Part shown: positions 27,065-39,306 of the stretch, one piece after another | Position numbering within the stretch: the stretch's first letter is position 1 | Layout of the letters: each line of letters begins with the position of its first letter | Assembly (NCBI GenBank): GCA_040377305.1 | Contig: JBEIPA010000003.1 | Coordinates: forward strand, 160,001 to 224,000 | Direction of reading: 5' to 3' | Origin: Flavobacteriales bacterium | Lineage (GTDB): Bacteria > Bacteroidota > Bacteroidia > Palsa-965 | DNA length: 64,000 nucleotides | Position numbers and translations under genes: made by a program | The notes under the pieces: generated by a model | What the model was told of the DNA's origin: nothing | The model's database searches: none | The model's input: only the letters and a program-made list of their open reading frames with translations

Positions 27065-29536
27065 CTACTCCACCGTATTCGACTTCTTCTCCGAGATAAT
27101 TTCAAATCCCATGGAAATCGATTCACCATTTTCATCCACGCAAGTCAACGTGTGTTCGCCTTGCTCCGGATTCATCGCGAACTGATGGAAACCACTGGTT
27201 TCTCCAACGTAGTTGTTGTCGAGATGCCAGTATACTTTCATTCCTGAATTACGATGTGCAACTTCAAATACAACCTTACCCGGTTTTCCATCGAGTTCGA
27301 CCGGAATATACAGCTGTGTAGCTTCTCGCGGATACACGAACTCCATCGTATGCGCTGATTGTCCGATGCAGGATTCTTTCCACGGCGGAAGAGGATTGTA
27401 TGTTGGATTCTTCGTCTTGTAGTAATATTCCATCGCTGGCGGAAGTACAAACCAGGGAACGTGTTGCATGGTTGTTGGATCATCGCAGTTGCTGTTCACG
27501 CGAAACATTCCTGTTCTGTCGAGGTGAATGATGCGGTGATAAGGACACGAACTGGTTTTCGTTCCGGATGCAGGAACCCAAATTGTGTCCGCATCACAAA
27601 TGTCTAGTGCGCGATGTCCGCTTTCATGACACACTGCAATCTGCACCATTTCTTTCACTGGCTTCGTAAACCATGTTGTAGATGGAAGCAATGAAAAAAT
27701 ATCAAACATGATTGGCGCAGCTGTGTTGATTCCAATTAATCCCGGGCGACCTTCACCGCTTCCGTTACCTACCCAAACGGCGACCACGTATTCCGGAGTT
27801 ACACCAATTGCCCAGCCATCGCGGAAGCCGAAACTTGTTCCTGTTTTCCAGGCAACACGTCGCGAGGAAACATAAGAAGTCCATGCAGCTTCTTCACCCG
27901 GACGTTCGACTTCAACCATTGCTTCGAATGTGCAATACAAAGCCGCGGCATCAAAGATTCCGGTTTCGTTGGTGAATGCATCTTCTTCGGTGGAATCGGT
28001 CCGATGAAAATAGGTTGGAGCGTGAAAATCCTTTTTCGAATATTGACTGCTCGTGTTATAGCGATTCAATGTTCTCGACATAGACGCATAAGCTCCACTG
28101 AGATCCCACAATTTTCCTTCGGCACCACCAAGAATGAGTGATAAACCATAGTCATCCGGATTACGTGTGACGGTAGTCAGTCCAATGTTATTCAGTAAAT
28201 GGTGAAAGCGTTCAACGCGATATTGCTGCAACATTTTCACTGCGGGAACATTCAGCGAACGGGCAAGTGCGCGGTGTGCAGGAACCACTCCATCGTAATC
28301 GAGGTTGAAGTTTTCGGGATTATATCCGGAGATATCTGTCGGTACATCGGGAATCAACGTGTTCGGAAGAATTGTTCCGTCATTGAGCATTCCGCAATAG
28401 AGAAATGGTTTCAGAATGCTTCCGGTGCTTCGCGGTGCTGTTATACAATCAACATCATATCCGTGATCATCAATTGTTCCTGCAACATTATAGCCTTCTG
28501 GAACGCTTGTATTACCGACGTAGGCAAGTGCTTCACCTGTTTTCACATCGATTACAATTGCTGCTGCATTGTGAACCTGATTTTGCGCGAGTCGGTCGTG
28601 GTGACGATCAACTACCTGGTTCACGCGATCCTGCAGATTCATGTCGATGGAAGTGGTGATCACTTCTCCGGTGTGCCCTTCGCGCATCGTACGATCGAGG
28701 AGGTGAGGAGCGAGTCGTGGCAACGGATAAGGCGCGCCGGGCAACGGTTCCTGTTTCGCGAGATCGCAGGTTGACTGATCAATAGTGCCCGCAATAACAA
28801 GTTTGTCGAGTAAGCGATCGCGTTTAGCTTTCAGTTTCTCCTGATTTTTTCCTGGATAAATAAGTGATGGCGCATTCGGAAGTACAGCAAGCGTTGCCGA
28901 TTCTGCCCAGGATAATTTATCCGGAGAACGACCGAAGAATCTCCACGATGCTGCGTCAATTCCAACAACGTTGCTTCCGAAAGGAGCGTTCGAAGCATAC
29001 AACGCAAGAATTTCTTCTTTCGAGTAAGTTGCTTCCATCCGCGTTGCCATGGTTACTTCGATCAACTTCTGCCAAACTGTTCGCGGTGGATTTTTTCGCG
29101 ACATACGAATTACCTGCATCGTGATGGTACTTCCACCGGAAACTACTTCTCCACTGGAAATGTTCTGCTTCAATGCACGAAACATGGAAACCGGATTCAC
29201 TCCCGGGTGATTGTAGAAATGTTTGTCCTCAAACTGAACCAAACATTGCGCAAACTTGTATGGAACTGTTGCGCGTTCAGGAAACCTCCATTGCCCGTCG
29301 GTTGCAATTTTAGCGCCGAGTAATTTTCCGTCGCGACTGAGAATAACCGTGCTGGTTGGATCGGAAAACAACTGCGACGGAATCGAAAACCACCACACGA
29401 TCAGGAAAACAAAAAACGCAGTTGCGAACTTTCCCTTCTTCGTTTTGAAAAAGCGTTTGTACCACTCCCAGAATTTGCTGAGAATGGTTTTCGCGTGTTG
29501 TGCGAAAGAGTATAGAAAAGTGCGAAGCTTTTTCAC
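27065..29536 (-). CDS. pbpC: Penicillin-binding protein 1C
   Basis: Transglycosylase EDKHFYNHPG and GGSTITMQ; transpeptidase GSILKP, SLN, KTGTS; C-terminal PBP1C domain (YWHLD...G.H.LTCVD). Confidence 0.93.
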   Translation of the reverse strand: MKKLRTFLYSFAQHAKTILSKFWEWYKRFFKTKKGKFATAFFVFLIVWWFSIPSQLFSDPTSTVILSRDGKLLGAKIATDGQWRFPERATVPYKFAQCLVQFEDKHFYNHPGVNPVSMFRALKQNISSGEVVSGGSTITMQVIRMSRKNPPRTVWQKLIEVTMATRMEATYSKEEILALYASNAPFGSNVVGIDAASWRFFGRSPDKLSWAESATLAVLPNAPSLIYPGKNQEKLKAKRDRLLDKLVIAGTIDQSTCDLAKQEPLPGAPYPLPRLAPHLLDRTMREGHTGEVITTSIDMNLQDRVNQVVDRHHDRLAQNQVHNAAAIVIDVKTGEALAYVGNTSVPEGYNVAGTIDDHGYDVDCITAPRSTGSILKPFLYCGMLNDGTILPNTLIPDVPTDISGYNPENFNLDYDGVVPAHRALARSLNVPAVKMLQQYRVERFHHLLNNIGLTTVTRNPDDYGLSLILGGAEGKLWDLSGAYASMSRTLNRYNTSSQYSKKDFHAPTYFHRTDSTEEDAFTNETGIFDAAALYCTFEAMVEVERPGEEAAWTSYVSSRRVAWKTGTSFGFRDGWAIGVTPEYVVAVWVGNGSGEGRPGLIGINTAAPIMFDIFSLLPSTTWFTKPVKEMVQIAVCHESGHRALDICDADTIWVPASGTKTSSCPYHRIIHLDRTGMFRVNSNCDDPTTMQHVPWFVLPPAMEYYYKTKNPTYNPLPPWKESCIGQSAHTMEFVYPREATQLYIPVELDGKPGKVVFEVAHRNSGMKVYWHLDNNYVGETSGFHQFAMNPEQGEHTLTCVDENGESISMGFEIISEKKSNTVE

Positions 29537-29548
29537 GGCAATCTAAAA

Positions 29549-30340
29549 TTACCAATCTAAAAGCTCAGTCGACCAACAATCGGCACTCTGGCGAAACATT
29601 CTTTCACGCCACATGAGTTCACCGGACTGATGAATCATCCAAGGTTGATGCCCTTCTTCATCACGATTGCCGGAGACTTCACCGAACATGGAATCATCGG
29701 ATCGCGTGCCGTAGTGATAGGAAATCACCTTCGTTGTGTCGTTGTATCGGAATTCAAACAAATCCGGATAGCGACAATCAACGGAAGTTACCGTGGTAAA
29801 GATCTCTTCACCACCCAAAATGGAAATCATCATGGCCATTGCGGATACACAGGTATTGCATGTGGTTACCTGACCCATGGCGAGATAGTGTGTTGAATCC
29901 ATTTGGTGGATTCCCGAGAAGTGGTAAGAAACATAAATTCCCGGCAGCAAACGTGCTCTGTAGATTGTTCGCGTGGTCAGAAATACGATCGTGATGTTGG
30001 AGCGAAATGATCCACCTGTTTTCTCGTCAATCGTGAAGGTGTGCGCACGACTATCGTCTGAAATCGTATGTGAAATTCCGGGTGTATTAATTTGTTTCGC
30101 CGGGTCGAGCTTCATGTACTGTGCATTGTTCAGCACTTCGAGAAGTATTGCGACAATCCGTTGTTGGTAGTCGTATAGCTTTTCAACGTGTTGCTGATTG
30201 TTTACGTAAGGATTCATGGTGTCGTAAACAGAAGCGTAGTACTGAAGACTATCGAGTCGGGCTTTTAATTCAACGTGTGGTTCGGAAGCGCGTAGTGAGA
30301 ATGTCAGTAGAAGGCAAGAAGTAAAGAGCAGAGCTCTCAT
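29549..30340 (-). CDS. Secreted hypothetical protein
   Basis: Signal peptide MRALLFTS; CNTC motif; TACATTTG -7 element upstream. Confidence 0.7.
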   Translation of the reverse strand: MRALLFTSCLLLTFSLRASEPHVELKARLDSLQYYASVYDTMNPYVNNQQHVEKLYDYQQRIVAILLEVLNNAQYMKLDPAKQINTPGISHTISDDSRAHTFTIDEKTGGSFRSNITIVFLTTRTIYRARLLPGIYVSYHFSGIHQMDSTHYLAMGQVTTCNTCVSAMAMMISILGGEEIFTTVTSVDCRYPDLFEFRYNDTTKVISYHYGTRSDDSMFGEVSGNRDEEGHQPWMIHQSGELMWRERMFRQSADCWSTELLDW

Positions 30341-30453
30341 GATTGTAAGATTTGGACAGGTCAAATGTATTGTGGATAAAACCCGAAAAATGAGACAACG
30401 GATAAGTGTGGCTTCTGTCTTTTCAGGTGTCGTGGTTATAGCGTAGTCGTGAT

Positions 30454-30536
30454 AGGGATTAGGGGATTAAGGGAATAAGGGATTTGGGTGATGGATGCTT
30501 TATTAATGCCTAAATCCCTTAATCCCCTAATTCCCC
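30454..30536. repeat. Inverted pair of 9-mer tandem repeats (GGGATTAAG)
   Basis: AGGGATTAGGGGATTAAGGGAATAAGGGATTT ... AATGCCTAAATCCCTTAATCCCCTAATTCCCC. Confidence 0.85.
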
Positions 30537-30593
30537 AACATATTTTTTGTGGAATTCCGAATAACCCTGCATCCTATTTTCAAAACCACCATT

Positions 30594-31091
30594 ATGAAGC
30601 CCGTTGTTGCAATCAATACACCTTGTCCCGAGTCCTGGGAGAAAATGAATCCTGAAGAGCAAGGTCGTTTTTGCGATCAGTGTTGCAAAGTAGTTGTCGA
30701 CTTTACACAAATGTCGAACACGGCCATTGCATCATATCTACAGAAGCATGCTGAGCAGAAAACCTGTGGACGGTTCAATGTAGAACAGGTTGCACAGTTG
30801 CCGGCGAAGAGAATCAGGTTTTCATTCAACATTCAGAAATTCGCAGCGGCAATCCTGTTGGCATTCGGCACATTTCTGTTTGCATCTTGCGGTAGCATCA
30901 AACCAAAGGATCATGAAGTGATGGGAGACGTTGCCTATATTCCCGATACAACGATCAGGAATCAAACGCAACAGGTCGATACTATCAGGCAACAGCACGT
31001 GATGGGAAAACCGCAACCTATTTGTGTGGTTCCGGAAGACACAAATATGATTCTTGGGGAGATTCAATATATCCCGCAAGACGAGAAATAG
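30594..31091 (+). CDS. Membrane protein with N-terminal Cys-rich domain (CxExW...RFCxxC...CGRF)
   Basis: PCPESWEKM, GRFCDQCCKVVVDFT, KTCGRF, one TM, then short MGDV/MGKP/LGEI repeats. Confidence 0.8.
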   Translation: MKPVVAINTPCPESWEKMNPEEQGRFCDQCCKVVVDFTQMSNTAIASYLQKHAEQKTCGRFNVEQVAQLPAKRIRFSFNIQKFAAAILLAFGTFLFASCGSIKPKDHEVMGDVAYIPDTTIRNQTQQVDTIRQQHVMGKPQPICVVPEDTNMILGEIQYIPQDEK

Positions 31092-31297
31092 GAACGCGGA
31101 TTTTGATGTCCATTGTTTGCTAGCGGTTCACTCGGATCACTTTGGTAGACATCAACTTTTCACAACTGATCTTATGAGATACGGTTGAGCTTATCTCATA
31201 AAATCCATTATCCTGCCCGTGAAACATACCGTGCACATCCAAAAAATACGATAGCACGCCTTGTATATAAAAATCCGCGTTCCCAAATCCGCGTTCC
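31091..31297. mobile_element. Hairpin element copy E with duplicated right tip
   Basis: GGAACGCGGATTTT...AAAATCCGCGTTCC (31091-31283, 193 bp) followed by CAAATCCGCGTTCC; central TTATGAGATA-N10-TATCTCATAA. Confidence 0.85.
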
Positions 31298-31315
31298 AAT
31301 TCGTATTTTCACAGC

Positions 31316-31903
31316 ATGAGATTCTTATTCGTCGTGATGTTGTCCATACTAGCTGTTTCCTGCCTTACCGAAGAGCAGCAACAGCAAGCCCTGATTGCAG
31401 ATTCAATTGCTCTCGCAGAAACGAGCATTGACACTTTCATTGTTGCTAAAGGAGAGAGCATTCTTTCGAACGAGAATGAAGAAGGCGACAGCTTACGTGC
31501 AGATAACGACACCGCGATTGAAAATATTCGCATTGCGATTAACGGTTCTAACACTCCCGAAGATGAAATGACGGGAGGTTCCACTACGATCGTGAAGAAT
31601 CCGGATGTGGGTCCTTCCTTTCCAGGTGGGAGTACAGCGATGGATGCGCATATCCGGAAAAACCTCATTTATCCCGCAGTCGCTTTTCAGAACGATATCA
31701 CAGGCACCGTAAATGTACGTTTCGTCGTAGAATCCGACGGACGTATCACCGGAATCGTTGCACAAAACACGCTTGGGTTTGGTTGCGATGAATCGGCAAT
31801 TGACCTCATCAAAGGCATGCCAAAATGGTCGCCGGGGAAGAAGGGCGGAGTGGCAGTGCGATGTTCGGTTGTGCTACCCATTACATTCTCTACACCAGAG
31901 TAA
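31316..31903 (+). CDS. Lipoprotein with TonB C-terminal domain
   Basis: Lipobox LAVSC; PSFPGG, YP..A....I.G.V.V.FVV..DG, W.PG...G..V. Confidence 0.88.
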   Translation: MRFLFVVMLSILAVSCLTEEQQQQALIADSIALAETSIDTFIVAKGESILSNENEEGDSLRADNDTAIENIRIAINGSNTPEDEMTGGSTTIVKNPDVGPSFPGGSTAMDAHIRKNLIYPAVAFQNDITGTVNVRFVVESDGRITGIVAQNTLGFGCDESAIDLIKGMPKWSPGKKGGVAVRCSVVLPITFSTPE

Positions 31904-31906
31904 AAA

Positions 31907-31984
31907 AGTCGCAGTAGCAGTGGCAGTTGCAGTCAGTTGGACGGTAACTGAATACTGACTGCGACTGCAACTGCCACTGTGACT
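31907..31984. repeat. Inverted pair of 6-mer tandem repeats (GCAGTN)
   Basis: AGTCGCAGTAGCAGTGGCAGTTGCAGTCAGT ... ACTGACTGCGACTGCAACTGCCACTGTGACT. Confidence 0.9.
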
Positions 31985-32064
31985 CGTGTATATCGTTAAT
32001 TTTGGTTATTTCACCCTTGTCTACCCCCCGCAGAACCCTATATTTGCCGGTAAATCTTCCAACT

Positions 32065-32706
32065 GTGAAAAGTGTAAATTCAATTGTTACCATCATTCTG
32101 GGTATTGCGGTCGCGATACTGTTCTATCTCCACTTCAGTTCCCGTCAGGATATTGCTGATGTACAGGACAAACAGGATTCAACCAGCAATCACGTAATCA
32201 CCAGTCTGCCGAAAGATCTTCAAGGCGCGAAGGTGTTGTATGTGAACATCGATTCTATCAACAGCAACTATCACGCGTATACTGAACTCGCAACTGATGC
32301 GAATAACAACCTTCAGGGGCAAATGGCTGCTTACCAGCGTAAAGCTCAGTCTTTGCAGGATCGTTATGCGAAGCTTCAGGAGCAAGTGAATATGGGAACG
32401 ATTTCTCCTGATGTTGCAGCAGCAGAAGAAACGGCAATCAACGCAGGATTGGAAGAACTGAAGCGTATGGAAGCGAATCTTGCATACCTCGAGAGTGCAG
32501 CGATGCAGAAGAACGATGAAATTTCTGCCCAGATTGCCATGTATTTCGAGGTTTACGCACAAGCGAAAGGAATCGATTACATCATGATGTACGGAACCGG
32601 AATGCCGATTATCTACGCAAACGATAGTCTCGACGTAACTTACGATGTGGTGAAAGCCCTAAACGAAGAATACGACGCTGCAAAAGCGGTAGCTCCGAAG
32701 AAATAG
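32065..32706 (+). CDS. OmpH/Skp family chaperone
   Basis: N-terminal TM, YVNIDSI, coiled coil, IIYAN..LDVT..VV..LN; GTG start inferred from TATATTTG at 32039-32046. Confidence 0.85.
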   Translation: MKSVNSIVTIILGIAVAILFYLHFSSRQDIADVQDKQDSTSNHVITSLPKDLQGAKVLYVNIDSINSNYHAYTELATDANNNLQGQMAAYQRKAQSLQDRYAKLQEQVNMGTISPDVAAAEETAINAGLEELKRMEANLAYLESAAMQKNDEISAQIAMYFEVYAQAKGIDYIMMYGTGMPIIYANDSLDVTYDVVKALNEEYDAAKAVAPKK

Positions 32707-32723
32707 TTTTGAAAAGTTATGTG

Positions 32724-32770
32724 ATCCGGCTCCGAAGACCTTGTGTCATTGGAGCCGGATTTGTTTTTTT
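32724..32770 (+). terminator. Rho-independent terminator
   Basis: ATCCGGCTCC...GGAGCCGGAT stem followed by TTGTTTTTTT. Confidence 0.8.
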
Positions 32771-32784
32771 ACATGCGGTAGTCC

Positions 32785-32824
32785 GCCTTCTCCCGATGGC
32801 TATCGGGATAGGCTCAGTCTGACA
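32785..32824. repeat. Nested repeat: TCCCGATGGCTATCGGGA palindrome inside a CTTC..GCTCAGTCTGACA element
   Basis: GCCTTC-[TCCCGATGGCTATCGGGA]-TAGGCTCAGTCTGACA. Confidence 0.65.
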
Positions 32825-32850
32825 ACCTTTCCAAACTAAAGAAGAGAAAA

Positions 32851-35005
<2,155 letters not shown>

Positions 35006-35064
35006 GGATGCTCACCTAGCGATATGTACCTGTATTTGACTGCCAACTGCCCAACTGCCTACGG

Positions 35065-35703
35065 TCACCTCGCCCACGGCCCTTCCACAAACACCCGCAC
35101 AATCAAAACCAATCCCGAAATCATCATAATGATTCCTGCGATTTGGTTGACGCGGTGAATCCACACATCGTTGAGGTAGCCTTTGATTTTTCCTGCAGCG
35201 AGTGATTTGCCGATGTCAGTCGCGAGAATTGTGACAAGTGTTGTAGTGAAGAATGCGAGAATGAGACCGAAGTCGTTGTTGAATTTTGTGGTGGAGAGGG
35301 AGATTGCGCCAATCCACAGGAAGATTACGAACGGATTGAAAAGATTCATCAGAAATCCCTTCAAGGCCATTGCGCCGTAGGAATTTTTCTGCTCAGGCAT
35401 TTCACCATCTACGTTCTGCACTTTGGTTTTCTTTACGTACTGATAAATGCCGTAGCCGATGAGAAGCACACCGCCTGTAACTCCAACCGGAATTGCATAC
35501 GCTTCGTCCATGAGCCATGCCGACAACCCGAACCAGGCAAGAAGAAGGTACATGAAATCGCTCAGGAAAATTCCCAGTGCCATAGCAATGCCCGATTTGT
35601 AACCGCGCTTAAGACTGGTTTGTATCAATCCGAAGAAGGATGGCCCCAGAGAGAAAGCCAACGCAATTCCGAATACAAATCCTTGTCCTATTGCTGTGAA
35701 CAT
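35065..35703 (-). CDS. LysE family translocator
   Basis: GPSFF, G.A.A.GI..SD, GFLMNLFNP; about 6 TM. Confidence 0.88.
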   Translation of the reverse strand: MFTAIGQGFVFGIALAFSLGPSFFGLIQTSLKRGYKSGIAMALGIFLSDFMYLLLAWFGLSAWLMDEAYAIPVGVTGGVLLIGYGIYQYVKKTKVQNVDGEMPEQKNSYGAMALKGFLMNLFNPFVIFLWIGAISLSTTKFNNDFGLILAFFTTTLVTILATDIGKSLAAGKIKGYLNDVWIHRVNQIAGIIMMISGLVLIVRVFVEGPWAR

Positions 35704-35704
35704 G

Positions 35705-37243
35705 CTATGCGTTTACTTTTTCGTATTCCGTAATGTGTTGTTTCCAGTCTTCGAGACGATCGTTCTTCATTACGCGTGGAAACTTATGCTGTCCGCCGAA
35801 TTTTCCATGCTTCTTCATCCAGTTCATGAATGCTTCGCTTGGCAAAACGGTGATCATTATTTCTTTCAATGCGGCAATGCGTTCAACGCGATAATCGTCG
35901 TTCAATTCGCACAGTTGCGCATCAATCATCTGACGAAGTTGTTCCGGGTCAACAGCGTCATCGGTTCCAACGTACCAGTGATGCGCAAACAAATTCTCGT
36001 AATTAATTCCTGCCACTGTGTATTCCGGAATGCTGATGTTGAGCTGTTCCGATATGAGATCAATGGCGCGGTTCATATTGTCCTGCGATAAGTGTTCTCC
36101 GCAGAGACTGAGGAATTGTTTGGTACGACCGGTGATAATAATTTCTGCATGGTCTACATCCGTAAAACGAATGGTATCGCCTATGAGATAGCGCCACGCT
36201 CCGGAGCACGTTGAAATAAGCAGAGCATATTCCGTCTGATCATCTACTTCAGAAATGTTGAGGGTATGCGGATTTCCTTTTACCGCTCCGTCTCCATCGA
36301 AGTTCTCTTCATTGAAGGGAATGAACTCATAAAAAATTCCGTTGTCGATGAGCAGTTTCTGTCCTTCTTTATCCGGATGATCCTGATACGCGATGAATCC
36401 TTCGGACGCAAGATATGTTTCGAGATAAGCAATCTTTTTTCCGGTCAACGCTTCGAAACCTTTCTTGTACGGACGGAATGAAACACCGCCCCATACATAC
36501 ACCGCCAGGTTTGGCCAGATGTCATGAATGGTTTTTACGTTGTAATGTGCAATGATGCGCTCAAATAAAATCTGAATCCACGCAGGAACTCCGGCAACAA
36601 TTCCAATGTCCCACTGCGATGCGTTTTTCACGATTTCTTCCAGCTTCGTATTCCAGTCGCGCTCGCGGGCAATACGATTTCCGGGTTTGTAGAAATGCTG
36701 AAACCAGAACGGAATATTTCCGGTAGTGATCCCACTCAAGTCGCCGGAGTAGTACGTTCCGTTGTAATTCAGGTGTGTACTGCCCCCGATCATGAGCATT
36801 CCTTTCGTAAAGAACGTTTCCGGAAGATCGAAGTAATGCAATGCCATCATCTGGCGAATACTTGCTTTACGGATGGCCCTCATCGTATCTCTCGTCACTG
36901 GGATGTGCTTCGAAGACGAATCGGATGTTCCCGAACTCAATGCAAAATATTTCACCCGCTCCGGCCATGTAACAAATGCTTCTCCGTTCAGTGAACGATA
37001 CCACCATTTGCGAAACATGGAGTTGTAGTCGTGATGATCAACAGTTGCCTGAAACTCTTTGATCGGATCGGGCTTCGTGAGCAGTTTCGTGAAGTTGTAG
37101 TGTTCGCCGAATGCAGTGAACTCTGCCTTCGCCAAAAGTTTGCGCAAAGTCTTGAGCTGAACTTTGTAATTATCTTTTCTGCGACGAGGTATGCGTCTGT
37201 TCAGCGCAATCGTTCGTTTCAGAATAGAACCAATGAGTGCCAT
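35705..37243 (-). CDS. GH3 family acyl-adenylate-forming enzyme
   Basis: LSSGT P-loop, GDLSGI, YLASEG, RYLIGD, GQHKFPR. Confidence 0.9.
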   Translation of the reverse strand: MALIGSILKRTIALNRRIPRRRKDNYKVQLKTLRKLLAKAEFTAFGEHYNFTKLLTKPDPIKEFQATVDHHDYNSMFRKWWYRSLNGEAFVTWPERVKYFALSSGTSDSSSKHIPVTRDTMRAIRKASIRQMMALHYFDLPETFFTKGMLMIGGSTHLNYNGTYYSGDLSGITTGNIPFWFQHFYKPGNRIARERDWNTKLEEIVKNASQWDIGIVAGVPAWIQILFERIIAHYNVKTIHDIWPNLAVYVWGGVSFRPYKKGFEALTGKKIAYLETYLASEGFIAYQDHPDKEGQKLLIDNGIFYEFIPFNEENFDGDGAVKGNPHTLNISEVDDQTEYALLISTCSGAWRYLIGDTIRFTDVDHAEIIITGRTKQFLSLCGEHLSQDNMNRAIDLISEQLNISIPEYTVAGINYENLFAHHWYVGTDDAVDPEQLRQMIDAQLCELNDDYRVERIAALKEIMITVLPSEAFMNWMKKHGKFGGQHKFPRVMKNDRLEDWKQHITEYEKVNA

Positions 37244-37263
37244 GGATGCCTCCGGGAGAAAAT

Positions 37264-38112
37264 TTATTCTATACTTACCAGTTTCGCACGAATACCTGCA
37301 ATATGTGCAGTTGCTGCAGCGAGTTCATCCGTCGTGTATTCTGCTGCCGGAGATGATAGCTTCTTGTATTCTGCAATGTCGTTGTGCATCTCCATGAAGA
37401 GACTATCGTTCGGAAACATTGCCAACATAGAAATCACATCATCCGTATGCTTTTGTTGTTCCTCCAGCATATCAAACAGCAACTTATTCGTTTCTGTTTT
37501 CGCTTCACCGTTGAGTTGTTGGGTTGTGAGATACAAACTTTCGACCCAACCGCCAGTTACCACAAGTGCAGCTAAACCAAAACGTTCGTTGCTCTGAAGT
37601 GTACTATCGATTCGGGTGTACGAAGTGTGCATCATCTTCTGAACAGAATCCTGTTTGTCGGACTCCATCTGGTATTTATTCATCGTTGCTTCGTTGAATA
37701 CAGTTGGAATGACCACTGCATCAGCAAGCATACGCACAGATTTCAGATATGCACCCGATTCTCCGAGACGCTCGAAAGCAATCATGTACGCCATATCGGC
37801 ACCGTACACACCAATGTTCACTGCCTGACCTTCTGCAGTATTGTACTTCGAAACATTCCCATCCGGATTGAGCATTTCCTTTTTGTAAGGAAGACCCGAG
37901 CCGGCGACTTTATTCATGATCTCGAAAGGAATCGGAATACTCGCTATGATTTTGCGAAGCTCCTCCTGTTCCTTCTCAGAAAGATTCTGCATCAGGGGAA
38001 TTTCCTTGATTGAATCATTCTTGATCGGATCAGTTGGTTTACTACCGCATCCCCCGAGCGATAATAAAGCTGCAACAATGCTTCCGGCGAATATCTTGTT
38101 GGTTAGCGTCAT
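37264..38112 (-). CDS. Helical lipoprotein, hypothetical
   Basis: Lipobox LGGC; AVNIGVYGAD.AY and GGWVESLY motifs. Confidence 0.78.
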   Translation of the reverse strand: MTLTNKIFAGSIVAALLSLGGCGSKPTDPIKNDSIKEIPLMQNLSEKEQEELRKIIASIPIPFEIMNKVAGSGLPYKKEMLNPDGNVSKYNTAEGQAVNIGVYGADMAYMIAFERLGESGAYLKSVRMLADAVVIPTVFNEATMNKYQMESDKQDSVQKMMHTSYTRIDSTLQSNERFGLAALVVTGGWVESLYLTTQQLNGEAKTETNKLLFDMLEEQQKHTDDVISMLAMFPNDSLFMEMHNDIAEYKKLSSPAAEYTTDELAAATAHIAGIRAKLVSIE

Positions 38113-39249
38113 CTATTTGATATAACGGAAATCGTGATTGACTTTGATGTTCTTTAGTGAAGCAATGATCAATCTGATCACGCTATCCACATCATCCTTA
38201 TGCACGCTTTCTACTGTGGTATGCATGTAACGTAATGGCAATGAAATCAACGCTGAAGGAACACCTCCAATGGAATAAGCAAATGCATCGGTATCGGTTC
38301 CGGTTGAACGGGAAGCTGCTTCACGCTGAAAAGGAATTTTTGCCTTCTCTGCAGAATCGATTATAAGATCGAGCAATTTGTTGTGAACTGCAGGACCGTA
38401 TGTCAACGAAGGACCTTTTCCGCAAGCAATATCTCCCTGCGCAACTTTGTTCATCATTGGTGTTTGTGTGTCGTGTGTTACGTCGGTAATGATTGCTACG
38501 TCGGGACGAATTGTTTCAGTGATCATTTCTGCACCACGTAAACCAACTTCTTCCTGAACAGAATTCACGATGTAAAGTGCAAAAGGCAACTTCACTTTAT
38601 CCTTCTTCAGTAAACGCGCAACCTGTGCAATCATGAATCCGCCCACACGGTTGTCGAGTGCACGACCCATGTAGTAACGGTTGTTGAGTACCATGAATTC
38701 GTCTTCGTACGTTACAACGCAGCCAACGTGTATGCCGAGATCAGCAACTTCTTTATCGCTGTTGCATCCGCAATCCAGGAAAATATTCCGGAGTGTAGGC
38801 GTTTCTTCTTTGCCTGCCTCGCGAACGTGAATTGCCGGCCATCCGAAAACAGCTTTTACAATTCCTTTTTTCGTGTGAATGTTCACGCGCTTCGATGGAG
38901 CAATCTGATGATCTGAGCCGCCGTTACGACGTAAGTAGATGAAACCGTCTTTCGTGATATAATGCACAAACCATGAAATCTCATCGGCGTGGGCTTCAAT
39001 CACCACTTTATATTTTGCAGTGGGATTGATTACACCGACCGCAGTTCCATACGTGTCGACAAAATGATGGTCGACATGCGGACGAATATAATCAAGCCAA
39101 ATTTGTTGACCCGGCGATTCGAATCCAGTTGGTGAAGGGTTATTGAGATAGCGTTCAAGGAATCCGATTTCCTCTGAACCAAGTAATCCAGCTTTGCTTT
39201 TGCTCTTAGAAGCAGCTTTTGCAGGCTGTTTGCGTACGCGTTTTGCCAT
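38113..39249 (-). CDS. M42 family metallo-aminopeptidase
   Basis: AHADEI, ALDNRVG, QEEVG, GTDTD, RYMH. Confidence 0.93.
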   Translation of the reverse strand: MAKRVRKQPAKAASKSKSKAGLLGSEEIGFLERYLNNPSPTGFESPGQQIWLDYIRPHVDHHFVDTYGTAVGVINPTAKYKVVIEAHADEISWFVHYITKDGFIYLRRNGGSDHQIAPSKRVNIHTKKGIVKAVFGWPAIHVREAGKEETPTLRNIFLDCGCNSDKEVADLGIHVGCVVTYEDEFMVLNNRYYMGRALDNRVGGFMIAQVARLLKKDKVKLPFALYIVNSVQEEVGLRGAEMITETIRPDVAIITDVTHDTQTPMMNKVAQGDIACGKGPSLTYGPAVHNKLLDLIIDSAEKAKIPFQREAASRSTGTDTDAFAYSIGGVPSALISLPLRYMHTTVESVHKDDVDSVIRLIIASLKNIKVNHDFRYIK

Positions 39250-39306
39250 AAATACAGATTGGGAGATAAAGTTACGGTAAGATAGCGGTTTTTCGAAGAA
39301 ATCGAC

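Noticed and set aside
30594-31903. A single TonB gene split by element E
   Set aside because: The downstream ORF has its own lipoprotein signal and start context, so two independent genes are more likely.
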